From Prasinococcaceae sp. CCMP 1430 (Eukaryota; Plantae; Prasinodermophyta), in assembly GCA_013416795.1 (NCBI GenBank), contig RQSC01001108.1, positions 1-49,681 of the forward strand: 49,681 nt of DNA, given 5' to 3'. Both the position numbers and the translations under genes were made by a program. Positions 1-11,049 of the stretch are shown here, one piece after another. Every line of letters starts with the position of its first letter. Positions within the stretch are counted from its first letter, which is position 1. The notes under the pieces are model-generated. The model made no database searches and was not told the DNA's origin. It saw only the letters and a program-made list of their open reading frames with translations.

Positions 1-1443
1 GGCAGCGGCCGCCCGGGGGCGCGTGCGCCTCACCCTACGACGCGCGGCTGCATTGCTCGCAGCACGAAGCGTGCGCGCGCGCGGCGGCCGCATGCTGCGC
101 GCGTGGCGGGCCGAAGCGGCGGTGACGGCCGCTGCAGGGGCGCGCGCGGCTGCTGAAGCGTCACGAGGCGCACATGATGCGCTCCGCGCGTGGGCATGCG
201 CTGCGGCACGTGAGGCTGCTGCAGGCGCTCGCGAACGAGCGAGCGCGGCCACGGCGCTCGGCACGTGGCGCGCACGAACTGCCACTAGGCGAGCCGCCGT
301 GCATCACGCGGCCGCTGCCGCCGCTACGGAAGCCGCACGCGAGGCGCTGAAGCAAGCCCCTTCAAGTGACACAAAGGGACCTTCAGGTGCGCTGCCGAGC
401 GCGTATGATCGCGCGTGCGAATGCGTGTTGCTGCACTCTCCTGACGCTGCCCAAGCCCCCGACGCACCAGCCCTTACTCCTGCAGATGTCAGCGTGAGCT
501 CGGCGAGCGACCTGTCGAACTTCACCCACAAGCCCGCAACAGATGCGCTCCATCAGCTCGTGGTCGCGACGGGCAGCGCGCATGCGGTCGCCGAGGTCAA
601 GCCCGTCGTGGCGACAAGTTCGAGTGTCGAGGAGACCATCGGGCGTGTGCGCGCGACGCTTGCGTCTATCAGCACGGAGGTCGACGCTGGCGCGGAAGCA
701 CGCGTGGGCAAAAGCGGGGGGGCAGCCCGTACCGCGTCTGCAGGGTCAAAATCTGCTCGGGCTGCACCCGCGCTTGTCAGCGGCAGCGTCGTGTCGCCAC
801 CGCCAGGCCTCGGCAGCCTCGTACGCGCGTCTCCAAGCAGACAGCGCAGGTACGTGCTTCAGGAGGCTAGCGCGTACGGAGTAGGAACGCGCGCGCGCGT
901 GCGCGTGCGCATGTGCACGCGCACGGGCACGGGCATGCTTGCGCATGCGCACGCTCCCACGCTGACCCTCTTCGCCCGCGTTACGCATCGGAACGTCCGT
1001 GCAGCAGCACGATCGCCGCTGCGGCCACAGCGCGTGGCCGCGCATCTGCGGGCGAAGCGCTCATTGCGCGTGCGGCCGTCCCCGTCGCCGTCACCGCTCA
1101 TTCGCCGCTCTCCAGGAAGGTTGCCAGCGTAGCAACACGTGGCAGCATCGACATCGTGCGCCTGGCTCGCTCGCCAGTGCGCCCGCGCGCTCGATCCACG
1201 CAAGCGGCGCGCGAGGCTCTGCCAGGTGCGCCCTCGCACGGCCACAAGCCAGTCGCGCGCAGCCCCACGGCGTCCAGCCCGCTTGTGAGCGCGCTCCGCT
1301 CCGCGGAAGAGCGGATTGGCGCACTCGGCAACGCGATGGAGGCAGCGGTGGTAGCCTCACAGCAGAGGAACTCGCCCGGGGCGCGTCGCATGCCCGCAGG
1401 CGGCGCCCGCGCTGATGGTGGGCGGCGGCTCGACTTCAAATAA
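1..1443 (+). CDS. 3' part of an unknown Ala/Arg-rich protein with SFI1-like (centrin-binding) L-x-x-W repeats; exons <1..849 and 1005..1443
   Basis: The frame is open from the window edge. Intron 850..1004 (cag|GTACGT, gctgac branch point, gtgcAG) is phase-compatible and joins ORF 23+ to ORF 913+, which ends ...RRLDFK*. Repeats LRAW, LRAW and LGTW occur 25-29 aa apart. Confidence 0.55.
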
Positions 1444-1547
1444 TTCACACGCGTACATACGCGCACACACGTGCACACGCGCGCATGCACTGAGCGCCAC
1501 ACGTGCCGCCGCACGCGGGGCACGTGGCGCCAGCCGCGCCGCGCGCC

Positions 1548-4498
1548 ATGCCGCAGCCGCGCGGCTGGACATGGGACGGCGCCCGTGACGCGGCCGGCGC
1601 GCCCCATGGCTTTGGCACCCAGCGCGGCAGCGGCGACCGCGACGGAGATGGTGACGGCAGTGGCGACGCGGAAGCGGCCGTCGACGAGTGCGACTGGGAG
1701 TTCCAGGGCGAGCTCGTGCACGGCGCCCGCGCCGACGCGCGTGGCACGCTGCGCGTGGGCGCGCTGACCTACGTGGGCGCGGAGTGGGGGGGGCGGCACG
1801 GCGGCGCCGAGGTCGGACGCGCGTGTGCGAGCCCACGCGCGCACTCGCTTGTGCAAGCGGACACGCTTGCGCTCCGGCACACGCCATGCGGGCATGGCAT
1901 ATGCACACACATGCGTCAGCACAACGTGCCCGCACTCGGGCGCTTGCTCTCTCGCGCGCATCCGCACTCACTCGCTTACGCGCGCCCTCGCGCCCTCGCG
2001 CGCGTGCTCAAACGCTCACTCACCTGCGCGCCCGCGCGCACTCGCAGGGGCCGAGTGGCGCTGGCTGCCGTATGACTGTCTCGCCGTCGGGCGCATCGCT
2101 CGCTGGGGAGATGCTGCGAGGCGAGCTGCACGGACGCGGTCGGGAGCACGCGCCGCCAGAGGCTGAGGCCGACGTCGATGCCGAGGGCAACGATGGTGGC
2201 GGTGATGACCGTCCCGGCTTGGGCGAGGTTGTCTTCGATGGGCGCTACGAGCGCGGCGCCCGCCACGGCACGGGCGTCGCAGCGCTCGGCGGCGGCGGCG
2301 CGCTGCTCGCGCGCTGGCACGACGGCGAGCTGCCCGAAGGGAGGCACGCTGCCGTGTACGCGTACAGCTGTGCCACGACCGACGGCAAACCGCCCGGGCC
2401 GTGCCTCGGGCCGCGGCTGCTCGGCGTATGGGAAGGCGGAGCGATGCTTCGCGCGGAGTACGCGTCCGCGGCGACCTGGGGTGCACCGCTGCCCGATGCC
2501 TCAGCGGACGGCGAGTTGGCAGCGATCCTCGGAGCGGCAGGCGAGGGCGCGGACGCGGCGGAGGCGGCGCTGGACGAGCTGAGAGGTGCGCACGCGCGGG
2601 CGTCCGGCCGCCTGGCGGAGGCAGGCGCTGCATTCACTCCGGAGCGCGAGTACCCTTTCGGTGGGTGCCCACGTCGCGACCCGTACGAAGCTGCTGCATG
2701 TGAGGCGCGGCCCACGCCCGAGATGGGCATCGGCGAGCATGGCCTCTTCGCCACGCGTGCGCTCCCGGCGGGCGCGACGGCGGCTTTCTTCACAGGCCGT
2801 CCGATTGCAACCCGTGACGTGCGCGCGCGAGGGGGGAATGCCAGCAGCGACGGCGATGGGGGCGGAAACGGGGACGGGCGCGTCAACGCCTTTGTGATCT
2901 TCGGCATCGAAGAGAGCGAAGGTGATGGCGATGGTGACGATGGGGACGCCAGTGGCGGCGGCGGCAACGGCGATGGGGACGACGGTGATAATATGGACGA
3001 CGACAGCACCAGAAATGATTGCAGCAATGCCGGTGACAATGCTGATGGTGTGGACGGCGACGGCGACGAGAATGAGGTCGACGGCGGCAGTGACACTAGC
3101 GGGGAATGCAATGGGGACGGCGAGGACGAGTGCATTGAGGTGCCGTTCGAGCTTGCCTTGCCGCGCGAGGGCCCAGGCGCCTGCCCACACGGCGCCACGC
3201 TGGGCCATCTGGCGCACCACAGCGGTGCGCCGAGCTGCGAGCTTGTCCGCGTGGAGCACCCGCGCTTCCCGCTGGGATGCGCCGCGCTGGTGGCGCGGCG
3301 CTCGCTGGCCGCCGGTGACGAGCTCACGCTGGACTACGCTGTATGCGCGCCGCTACGCACGCGGTACGCGGACTGTCTTGGAGAGGCGGGGTATTACTAC
3401 CATCTGCGCACGGCGCCATGTGTGGAGCTTTACAGGTGCGTGATTCCAGCAATCGCGGGCTGCTGGCATCACACCTGCACCTACACGCGCACACGCACGC
3501 GCGCGTGCGGACACGCTCGTGCGAGTTGCCCCAGCCAGAGGCACGTCGATGCGTGCACGCCTTCTGACATGAGTGCCCGCGCTGCCCCTCTCTACGCGGG
3601 CTTCAAAAGCGCATCCTCGCGCGTAGCGGCACACGGCACGCTGCGCGTGACGCGCCACGGCCCCTGGCGCGTGCTTTGGTTCGGCGCCACCGAACAAGGC
3701 CTCAGCCGGGCGCGCGTGGCGAGCGCAGAAAGGAGTGAGAGCGGTGGGGACTGCCCAGAGGAGCACGACCCGCGCGCACTCGGCTTTGAGTACATCGCTA
3801 CGATGGCACGACACGCCGAGGTAGAGCTGCGTGCGCGATGGCTGCCAGCTGAGCTCGAGCCGCGAGCGAGCGCTCCCACGCGCGGTTGTGAGGTGGCGTG
3901 CGTGGGTCTCGGAACGGGCGCACTCCCCGCGTACCTCGCGCACGCGCTCGGTGGCATCGGCGCGCGCGTGACTGCCGTCGAGCTCGACTCGGACGTCGTG
4001 AGCATCGCGCAGGAGGTGCTAGGAGTAGCCATGCGCGTGCGTCGGGGTGGGCGTGGCGAAGGGGAACGCTCGCCTAAGCGCGCGCGGGCGGGCGACCAGG
4101 ATGGTGGCGAGGTGAGCGCGAGCGCCCACGCGTTTGATGTGGTGGTGTGCGACGCGGCCGAGTGGTTCGAGGAGCATTGCGCAGGTGGCCTGGCGGCCGT
4201 GCTCCTGGACGCGTACGACGCCGAGGGCAAGGTCCCCAGCCACCTTAAGGAGCCCGCATTCTTGCGGCGCATGGGCGCCAGCCTGGCGCCCGGCGGCATT
4301 GCCGTCGCTAACGTGTGGCGCACGGCGGATGACTTCGAGGAGTTCGTGAACGCTCTCGGCACGGCCGTGTGCGGGCCAGCCGATGGCACGCCAGGGCGCA
4401 CGCAAGCGGGCGCGCAGAGGGTGCGCGTGGAGCGCGTGGCGCGCGACGACGTCAACGTGACGCTCGTGGCGGTCAAGCCAGGTTTGCCTGGTCTTTGA
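1548..4498 (+). CDS. SETD7: SET7/9 (SETD7)-like MORN+SET lysine methyltransferase fused to a C-terminal class I (spermidine synthase/METTL13-CTD-like) SAM-dependent methyltransferase; exons 1548..1811, 2048..3435, ~3610..4498
   Basis: Colinear with SET7/9 motifs: GAPHGFGT, FQGELVHG, VFDGRYERGARHG, DPYE, GEHGLF, ATLGHLAHHS, HPRF and ELTLDY. The second domain has VGLGTGALP, VTAVELDSDVV, VVCDA, LLDAYD and LAPGGIAVANVW. Intron 1812..2047 is phase 0. The second donor is at 3436, but its acceptor is uncertain; the frame is open across it regardless. Confidence 0.85.
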
Positions 4499-4503
4499 CC
4501 CTC

Positions 4504-4508
4504 TGTAA
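4504..4508 (+). promoter_or_regulatory. TGTAA chlorophyte-type polyadenylation signal
   Basis: TGTAA lies 5 nt after the stop of the SET/methyltransferase gene. The same motif follows other stops (13651, 28696; minus strand 7585 and 35735). Confidence 0.65.
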
Positions 4509-4629
4509 CAAACGCGTTGATCGATCCCGGTGCCTGCGAGTACGTGCCACTCGCCGCGCGCGCGCATGCGTGCGCGCGGCGCGTCCGCGCCGGCGCGCAC
4601 GCAGGCGCAGGCGTACCGGCTCTGAGGAG

Positions 4630-5795
4630 ATGCGGCCGCCATGTGCTCTGGGTAATGGTCCACCAGCGCGTGCGCGAACCCGCGCCGCGCGCGGCGCATT
4701 CCGCGCCCTGCACGCCTCCTCCTCGCGACGGCGGGGCGCGCGCGCGAAGCGCTCGCGCTCGCCGTGGCGCTCTCCGCGCTCGCAGCGCTCATGACACTTG
4801 TGGTGACATCGGTGAAGCACCAGGCGGCGTGCGCGCGTGCGCCCGCGTGGGCGGGCCGCGTGGGAGAGGCGCGGCCGCGCATCGCACTGGTCACGCTGGC
4901 AGATGGCGGCGGTCCAGCGGCTGCGGCCCACTCCTCGGGCGCGCGCTCGTTCGGCGGCGTGCTGGCGCTGCAGACGGCGTCGTTCGCAGCGTACGCGCGC
5001 ATGCATGCATACGCCAACCTCGATGCGAGCGACGTCTTATCGCCAGAATGGCGCGAGAACGAGTCGCTCGAGGGCGCCGACTCGTACCTCGGCGCCTCGT
5101 GGTACAAGATTGCCGCGGTGCGGCGTGCGCTCTTCGGCAATGGCGGCCACGAGTATGACTGGGTGCTGTGGCACGACGCCGACACGCTACTCGCCAACGC
5201 GAGGTTACCGCTTGAGACGCTGCTGCCCACAGGAGAGGGGCCCGGTGATGGCGGCCCGCACTTCATCGTGAGCGAGGACGCGGGCGGCTTCAACGCGGGC
5301 GTGTGGCTCGCACGGCGAAGCGAGTGGACAGACGGCTTCCTTGAGGAGTGGTGGGGGATGCGCGACGAGTATGCTCGAGGGAGGGGCGACACCAAGTCCG
5401 GCGACAACGATGCGCTCAAGGCGCTGCTCGCACGGACCCTGGGGGGTGCCGACGCAGCGCGCGTGGGCGTGCTGCCGCAGTGCGCCTTCAACTCATACTA
5501 CACGTCGCGCGCGCTGCTGCCGCGCACCTATGGCGAAGCCAAGGTGCGTGCGACTGCGTTCGCGCGAGTGGCAGCGCCCCAAACGCACAAACACTAACGT
5601 GCCACGCACGCACACGCGCACGCACAAACACGCGCACACCCTCCCATGCAGATGCGCGCTCGCGCCGTGCTACGCTGGCTCCGCACAGGCCAACGCACGT
5701 TCTACGCGCCCGGCGACCTGCTGGTCCACTTCGCCGGCGTGGACGACAAGGCCGCCGCCATGCGCGACATGGCCGCGTCGCTCGCCCGCGTGTGA
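4630..5795 (+). CDS. Glycosyltransferase family 34 (GMA12/MNN10-like), type II membrane protein; intron 5544..5651; start region needs a 1-nt frame correction
   Basis: Motifs SWYKIAAV, YDWVLWHDAD (DxD), FNAGVWL, FNSY and LLVHFAG, with an N-terminal TM segment ALALAVALSALAALMTLVV. Intron aag|GTGCGT...catgcAG is phase 0. The ATG at 4630 is one frame off the TM frame. Confidence 0.85.
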
Positions 5796-5953
5796 TGGCG
5801 TCGGCTCCCACGCCCGCTGCGCGTGGTGGTGGTGGTGTGTGTGTGTGGGGGGGGGCTCCTCCCGCCTGCCGCCGCCGCTGCCACGGCTTCAAGGCCGCTG
5901 CTGCCGCCGCACTCAGAGCCAGCTGACGATGTGACATAATAAGGGTAGAACAG

Positions 5954-5962
5954 TTAGGGTTT
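5954..5962 (-). promoter_or_regulatory. Telo-box-like element (AAACCCTAA)
   Basis: TTAGGGTTT lies in the AT-richer intergenic segment about 400 bp upstream of the STEEP1-like ATG. It matches the plant telo-box consensus; function is inferred only. Confidence 0.35.
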
Positions 5963-6361
5963 GTGTTTTGGGTGTGCGTAGATCAATCGCCGTGCGGGAC
6001 GTCGTGCACACATCAAAATGCATGCGTTTTGCGCACGCGGCGCTGCCCTAAGCGCGCGGGCGCCGGCGGCGCGTGCCACACTGGGGGCGCGAGCCCGCGG
6101 GCGGTGGGGGCGGCGGGCGTCCACTCGGCGTGCCTGGCCCGCGCCCGCCCCAGGAGGACGCGCTGCGCCGGACCTCGGGCACGCGCGCGAGTGAGCGAGC
6201 GAGCGCGGCGGACACGGGCGCGCGAGCGATTGCTTGGTCGCGTTAGCGGCACCGGGGTAGCGAGGGCGGGGGCGAGAGCAGCAGCTGGAGGAACTGCCTC
6301 GGCCACGGGGCGTTCTTTGGCCTCCTCTTGGTAGCGGGTGGGGTTTGAGAGGTCCCTCGCC

Positions 6362-7378
6362 ATGCCGAAGCGCTCGACCGTCTTGTACACCTCGGAGGAT
6401 GCGGCTGCCGACGTTGCGCAGGAGAGCGGCAACGTGCACACGTACTTCTGCCGCTTCACCGGCGAGCTCGCGCTAATGCTCACAAAGGCACTGTCAGAGG
6501 TGAGGCGCATGCCTTAGCGCGTCTGCGCTACACCTGCGGCGCGCCCGTGGCGCGTTGTGTTGCATCGTACGCGCTCGTGCACTGCGCACCGGACCTCGCT
6601 GACAGCATGTGCTGCGCTTGGTCGCCTCGCAAAATGCGCGTGACTCTCTCTGTACCCTCACCTCTCCCTCCATGGGCGGCAGCTCCCGCGGCGGCGCACG
6701 GACGGTGCGTTCATCGTCGATCGCTCCGAAGTAATGGCGCGACTCCAGCTGCGCGAAGGTGGCGTGCGGGCCATCCGGCGGCGCGGCACAGGCGAGGGCG
6801 AGGGCAACGCGTCCGGCGCAGACGGCGAGGGCAGGGTGGAGAAGCAGTGGCGGTTGGTCACCAAAAAGGGCAGCTTACCCGTCGCGTACCGCGTCGAGGC
6901 GGACGTGAACGCTCGGTATTTGTATGTGCTGCAAGATGCGCTCACGATCACACCCGGCGGGGCCGCTGTACTCACGGCGGACGGCGAACGCGTGCCGCCG
7001 TGCATCTCCGACGCGGGAGAGGGCAACGTGCACGTCGCGATCAACGTGCGCGACCGTGGGGCGCGCACGTGTGTGCTCGCCATCAACGACGATGAGGTCA
7101 CACTGCAGACCGCTGCGGAGGCGCGGCTAAACGCGGCAAATGCCGAGGCCAGGGAGCTTCTCGCTAAGGTGCTCGACGTGGGCCAGCGCAACCTGTCGCT
7201 CGGCAAGGGCTGGTCGCACAAGAGCCGCATTTTGTTCGTTCGAGCCCCGCCCGGCGTGCGCTTGGACGCAGCGGAGGTGTACGCGAAGCTCAAGGGCGCC
7301 ATAAGCGAGGCCGACACGCGGCCTGGCTTCGGAGGCGGCTCAGCGCCGCCTGTGGCCGCGATGCCGCCCACCGCGTGA
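6362..7378 (+). CDS. STEEP1: STEEP1/CXorf56 (UPF0428) domain fused to a DUF167/YggU (UPF0235) domain, plant-type architecture; exons 6362..6499 and 6683..7378
   Basis: The spliced product is MPKRSTVLYTSED...HTYFC...LSE|LPRRRTDGAFIVDR...RLQLREGG...EKQWR...YLYVLQDAL...VPPCIS...GWSHKSRIL...VYAKL. This matches the plant UPF0428-UPF0235 protein pattern. Intron 6500..6682 (gag|GTGAGG, pyrimidine tract, ggcAG) is phase 0. Confidence 0.85.
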
Positions 7379-7624
7379 TGACACGCACCCTTCAAACGCC
7401 GCAAGTGGCCGCGAGCGAACCCGCGCGGACTCGCGCGCCGCCACTTGCTCGTTCTTCTGTACACTAGACTGTTCCTTCGCGATCAGCACCACCTGAACCT
7501 CGTGTGGTCTTTGTGCGGGCGTGTGCACTTGTGCGCTCGTTGTTGGCGGAGAGCGTGCGCGCGCGGGCGCGCGCTCGTGTGCATTTACAGAAGTGTGTGC
7601 TCGCAGCTCTCGTTCCGCGAGCCC

Positions 7625-10351
7625 TCAACTTGACGCGGACGCGACGTCAATCGCGGGCTTGGCGACCGCCACGCGCGCGAGGCCCGCCTCGAGCGCTTCC
7701 AGCCTCGTGCCGAGCCCCCTGAGCAACCCCTCGACGCGCGCGAGGCCCTTTGCGTGCGCGCGGTCGCGGTCGCGTTCACGCGCGTCATGCGGCACGCACG
7801 ACACCCGCGAGCTCGGTTCGCCCGAGGCTGACGGCGCAACGGCGGCGCCCCTCTCACATTGCTGTGCCCCACAACGAATCGTGATTGGGTGCGTCTCTGG
7901 CTCGAACGTGTCGTCGCCCACGCGTTCGCCGGTGATCGCCTTGAGCTCGTCATCAGCAAAGAGCCTGAGCACGTTCTCGCCGCCGGCAGCGAGCGTCTTG
8001 AGCACCCCATCGCCCATGCCGCCAAGGTAAACGCTTCGACGGCGGCGGAAGTCGCGCCCGTCGTCAAAGGACTCGCGGTAGCCGCCCGTGGAGCTGTCAG
8101 TGCCGTCGGAATGTCGCCACCCGAGGGTGTCCGCGTCGCCGGCGTCGAGGACGTTGGGGTCTGCAGCATTGCCGTTGGCGCCAACGGTAGCGTCTTCGAA
8201 CTCGTGCTCGCGCTCGAGGGCCGCTTGCGCGGCGTTGATGCGCTTAACGGCCACCTGTACGAAGACGTTGACTTCATGGGGATAGTCGGTCTTGAGTGCG
8301 CGGAAGTCATCGCGGTCGAGGTAGAAAAGCTCTGAGTAGATTCGCGCACGCACCGACGTCGTACGCCGCTTAGAGCGCAGCAGCGTGGCCTCGCCGAAGT
8401 GCTCGCCGGCGCCTAGAAGGATGGCTCCCAGCGCCGCGTTGGTGCCGCGCTGGTCGTCCTCGAGCACCACCTCGAGCGCACCGAACTTGATGAAGTAGGT
8501 GTGATGACCCACCTCGCCCTTCTTGACGACGTAGTCGCCCGAGAGACAAACCTGCGGTTGCAGGCGCAGCAGCAGACTCTCCATGAAAAACTCGTTCTCG
8601 CCGAGGTACGGGCTGGCGTGCTTGAGGTTGGCAACGAATGTCTTGTGCACGTCGCGCATGATGTCGCGCCGTACAGTGGACGGAAAATCGGCGAGCATCT
8701 CGCGCATGTGGAATCCGTGCGTCTGGAGGTAGATGCGGTCAGCGTAGCGAAGGATGCGCTCCTGCACGCCCTCGGACACCTCGTGCAGCGCGCAGAATTC
8801 CTTGAGGTGGTTGATTCGGTCTTGATAGCGGGCTTGGGCCATGTCAAAGCTCTGAATGAGCACGGCGACGTTGCCAAAGATGGAGGCGTAGATAATAGCG
8901 CCCATGAGCATCACCATCACCGTGAAGACACGCTCTGTGTTGGTGGCCGGGGAGATGTCGCCATAGCCCACCGTGGTGAGTGTCACCAGCGACCAGTACA
9001 GGCTGGTGATGTATTGCGTGAGCACCGAGGCGTCCGGGCGAATCAGCACGGTATCGCCGTTTGCCGTCTGCGCCTCGACGAGGTGCTCTTCGGAAATGTA
9101 CCACTCGGGGTGATCTTTGCGGTCCACGCAGTGCGCCACGTGGTCGACCTCGTAGGGCTGCGCCCGCTCGTTGTCCGGGTGGAATGCGTACTCGCCGGTG
9201 AGCTCGTCGAGGTAGCCCTCCGAACGGACCGTCTGGCACAGGTCGGCGTCTACCAGCCACACCGACCCCGTCCAGACGTTTCCCTCTTCCTGGTAGCGCC
9301 CCAGGAAGAACCACGCGCATGCTATCCAGTGCGAGAAGAGGAAGAAGCCGAAGAGCAGCTTGATGACGCGCAGGAAGTTCGCGGTCGTGAACATGTCGAG
9401 CCGCTTCATGAGACGGCTCACGCGCAGCAGCCGCGGCAGCTTAATGAGCTGCAGCAGGTTAAGCTGCACGTTGGCCTTGGAGGCCTTGACAATCAGCTCA
9501 AAAGGGATGAGCGCGAGGAGGTCGATTGGGAAGAAGCCGCGCAGGTACCGCTTCCGGATGACGGGCAGCTCCAGCACCTCCACGCCGTGCGAGTCCATGA
9601 AGGACGTGTAGAAGCACATGACGGTGTCCGCCAGGAAGAGGACGTCCACCAGGTAGTCAACGGTCTCCAGCAAGTGGTTGGGCGTGCGCTGGAAGGCAAA
9701 CTCCCATGGCACGACAATGGCGCTGTACAGGATAAGCACGATGATGCCCCAGTCCCACGCGTTCTTCCAGTCAGCGTCGCAGCGGATCACGCGCGGCGGC
9801 GCCGAGCCCACCACGAGCTCCCCCAGCACGGCCGCAGACGCCCTGGGCGCGCGCGCGCGGGCGACCGTGAGCGCGTGTGCGCGAACGTGTCCGTGTGCAG
9901 TGTGTGCATAGACCAGTCAGCACAAAAGCGTGCACTCCCGCGCGTGGCCGCGCGAGGCGAGCACGCCCGTGTAGACGTGCGTGTGTGTGCGCGCGCGTGT
10001 GCACGAGCACGACGCGCGGAGCGCACGCACGGCCGGGGCTCGCGAACTCGCGGTGCGTGCCCTGCCGGCGCCCGCGCACCTCCGCGACGACCGGGGCGAG
10101 CCCTCCTGTGGTGTTGAGGCGCCGCTAGAGGACGCGATCCCTGCCGGCCCTGTGTACTTTCCATCGCGCCGCTTGATCGTGCGCGCCACTTCAAGCCGGC
10201 GCTCCAGGGGGCGCGTGTCGGCGCCGTCCTCGCCCGCGCGCGCGTTGGCGTCGGCGTCATCATCGGGGTCGGTGCCGGAGCCGCGCCGCGACAGCGTCGC
10301 CGCGGCGGACACCAGCTTCGACACTTTGCGCCATGACTTGCGCGACGACAT
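7625..10351 (-). CDS. Voltage-gated 6-TM K+ channel with cyclic nucleotide-binding domain (EAG/HCN/CNG superfamily); exons 10351..10080 and 9842..7625
   Basis: It has S1-S6, an S4 with LPRLLRVSRLMKRL, the K+ filter TTVGYGD, a C-linker, a CNBD with FGE...RRTTSVRA, and a C-terminal coiled coil. Intron 10079..9843 is phase 2 and compatible. Confidence 0.92.
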
Positions 10352-10860
10352 CGGCGCGAGCGCGAGCGCGTGCGCGGCGCGCCGTGTGCCGCTCCGCGCA
10401 CGCTGCTGGGCGCGGCCGCGCTCCTGCGCGCGCACATACGTGTACGCGCGCACGCAGGCAAGCGTGCAGCCAGGCACGCCTACACACACACACGCACGCA
10501 CGCAAATTCACACACGCACACACACAGGATGCACACACGCTGACACACGCTCGTGCACGTGCGCTCCTCCTCCCACCAGCACCCCTCCCCCCTCGTGGCG
10601 ACCGCACGCGCGCGCACGCAGCGCGCGCCGTGCCCCCCCGCGCCCGCGCGCGCGTGCACGAAGGGGCACGCACGCCCGTGGGTACATGTGACCCTATTAC
10701 TAATTCACGTTCGATTTTCGAGCGGTCCATATTTTCGGAACTCCGTCGAATCGCGACGTGCCCATCGCGAGCATTCGAACACCCCTCCCAGAATTGCGGG
10801 AAGCGCCCCAATTCGCGCGCGCGCGGCAGAAAATTGCGGGGGGGGGATTTGGATTTTCCC

Positions 10861-11010
10861 ATGGTATCGCGGGAGGATGCGCGAGCATCTCGCGGGGGGA
10901 TCTCATCCGCGCGCGCGCGCTGCGGGCGGTGGGGGGCGCCACGGGGGGGCCGCAGAGGCGCCTTGTGTGGTGTGGTGGTGTGTGTGGGAGGGGGGTGGGG
11001 TGGGGGTGTG

Positions 11011-11049
<39 letters not shown>

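Noticed and set aside
6013-6510. Minus-strand ORF containing ERFGMARDL, resembling a kinase activation-segment motif
   Set aside because: It overlaps STEEP1 exon 1 on the opposite strand and has no other kinase motifs.
8501-10117. 538-aa plus-strand ORF
   Set aside because: It is the antisense shadow of the K+ channel, a common result of GC3 bias.
10333-10860. Extended 1104-aa N-terminus of lipin
   Set aside because: This is stop-free intergenic and promoter sequence overlapping the divergent channel gene start; it is not coding-like.
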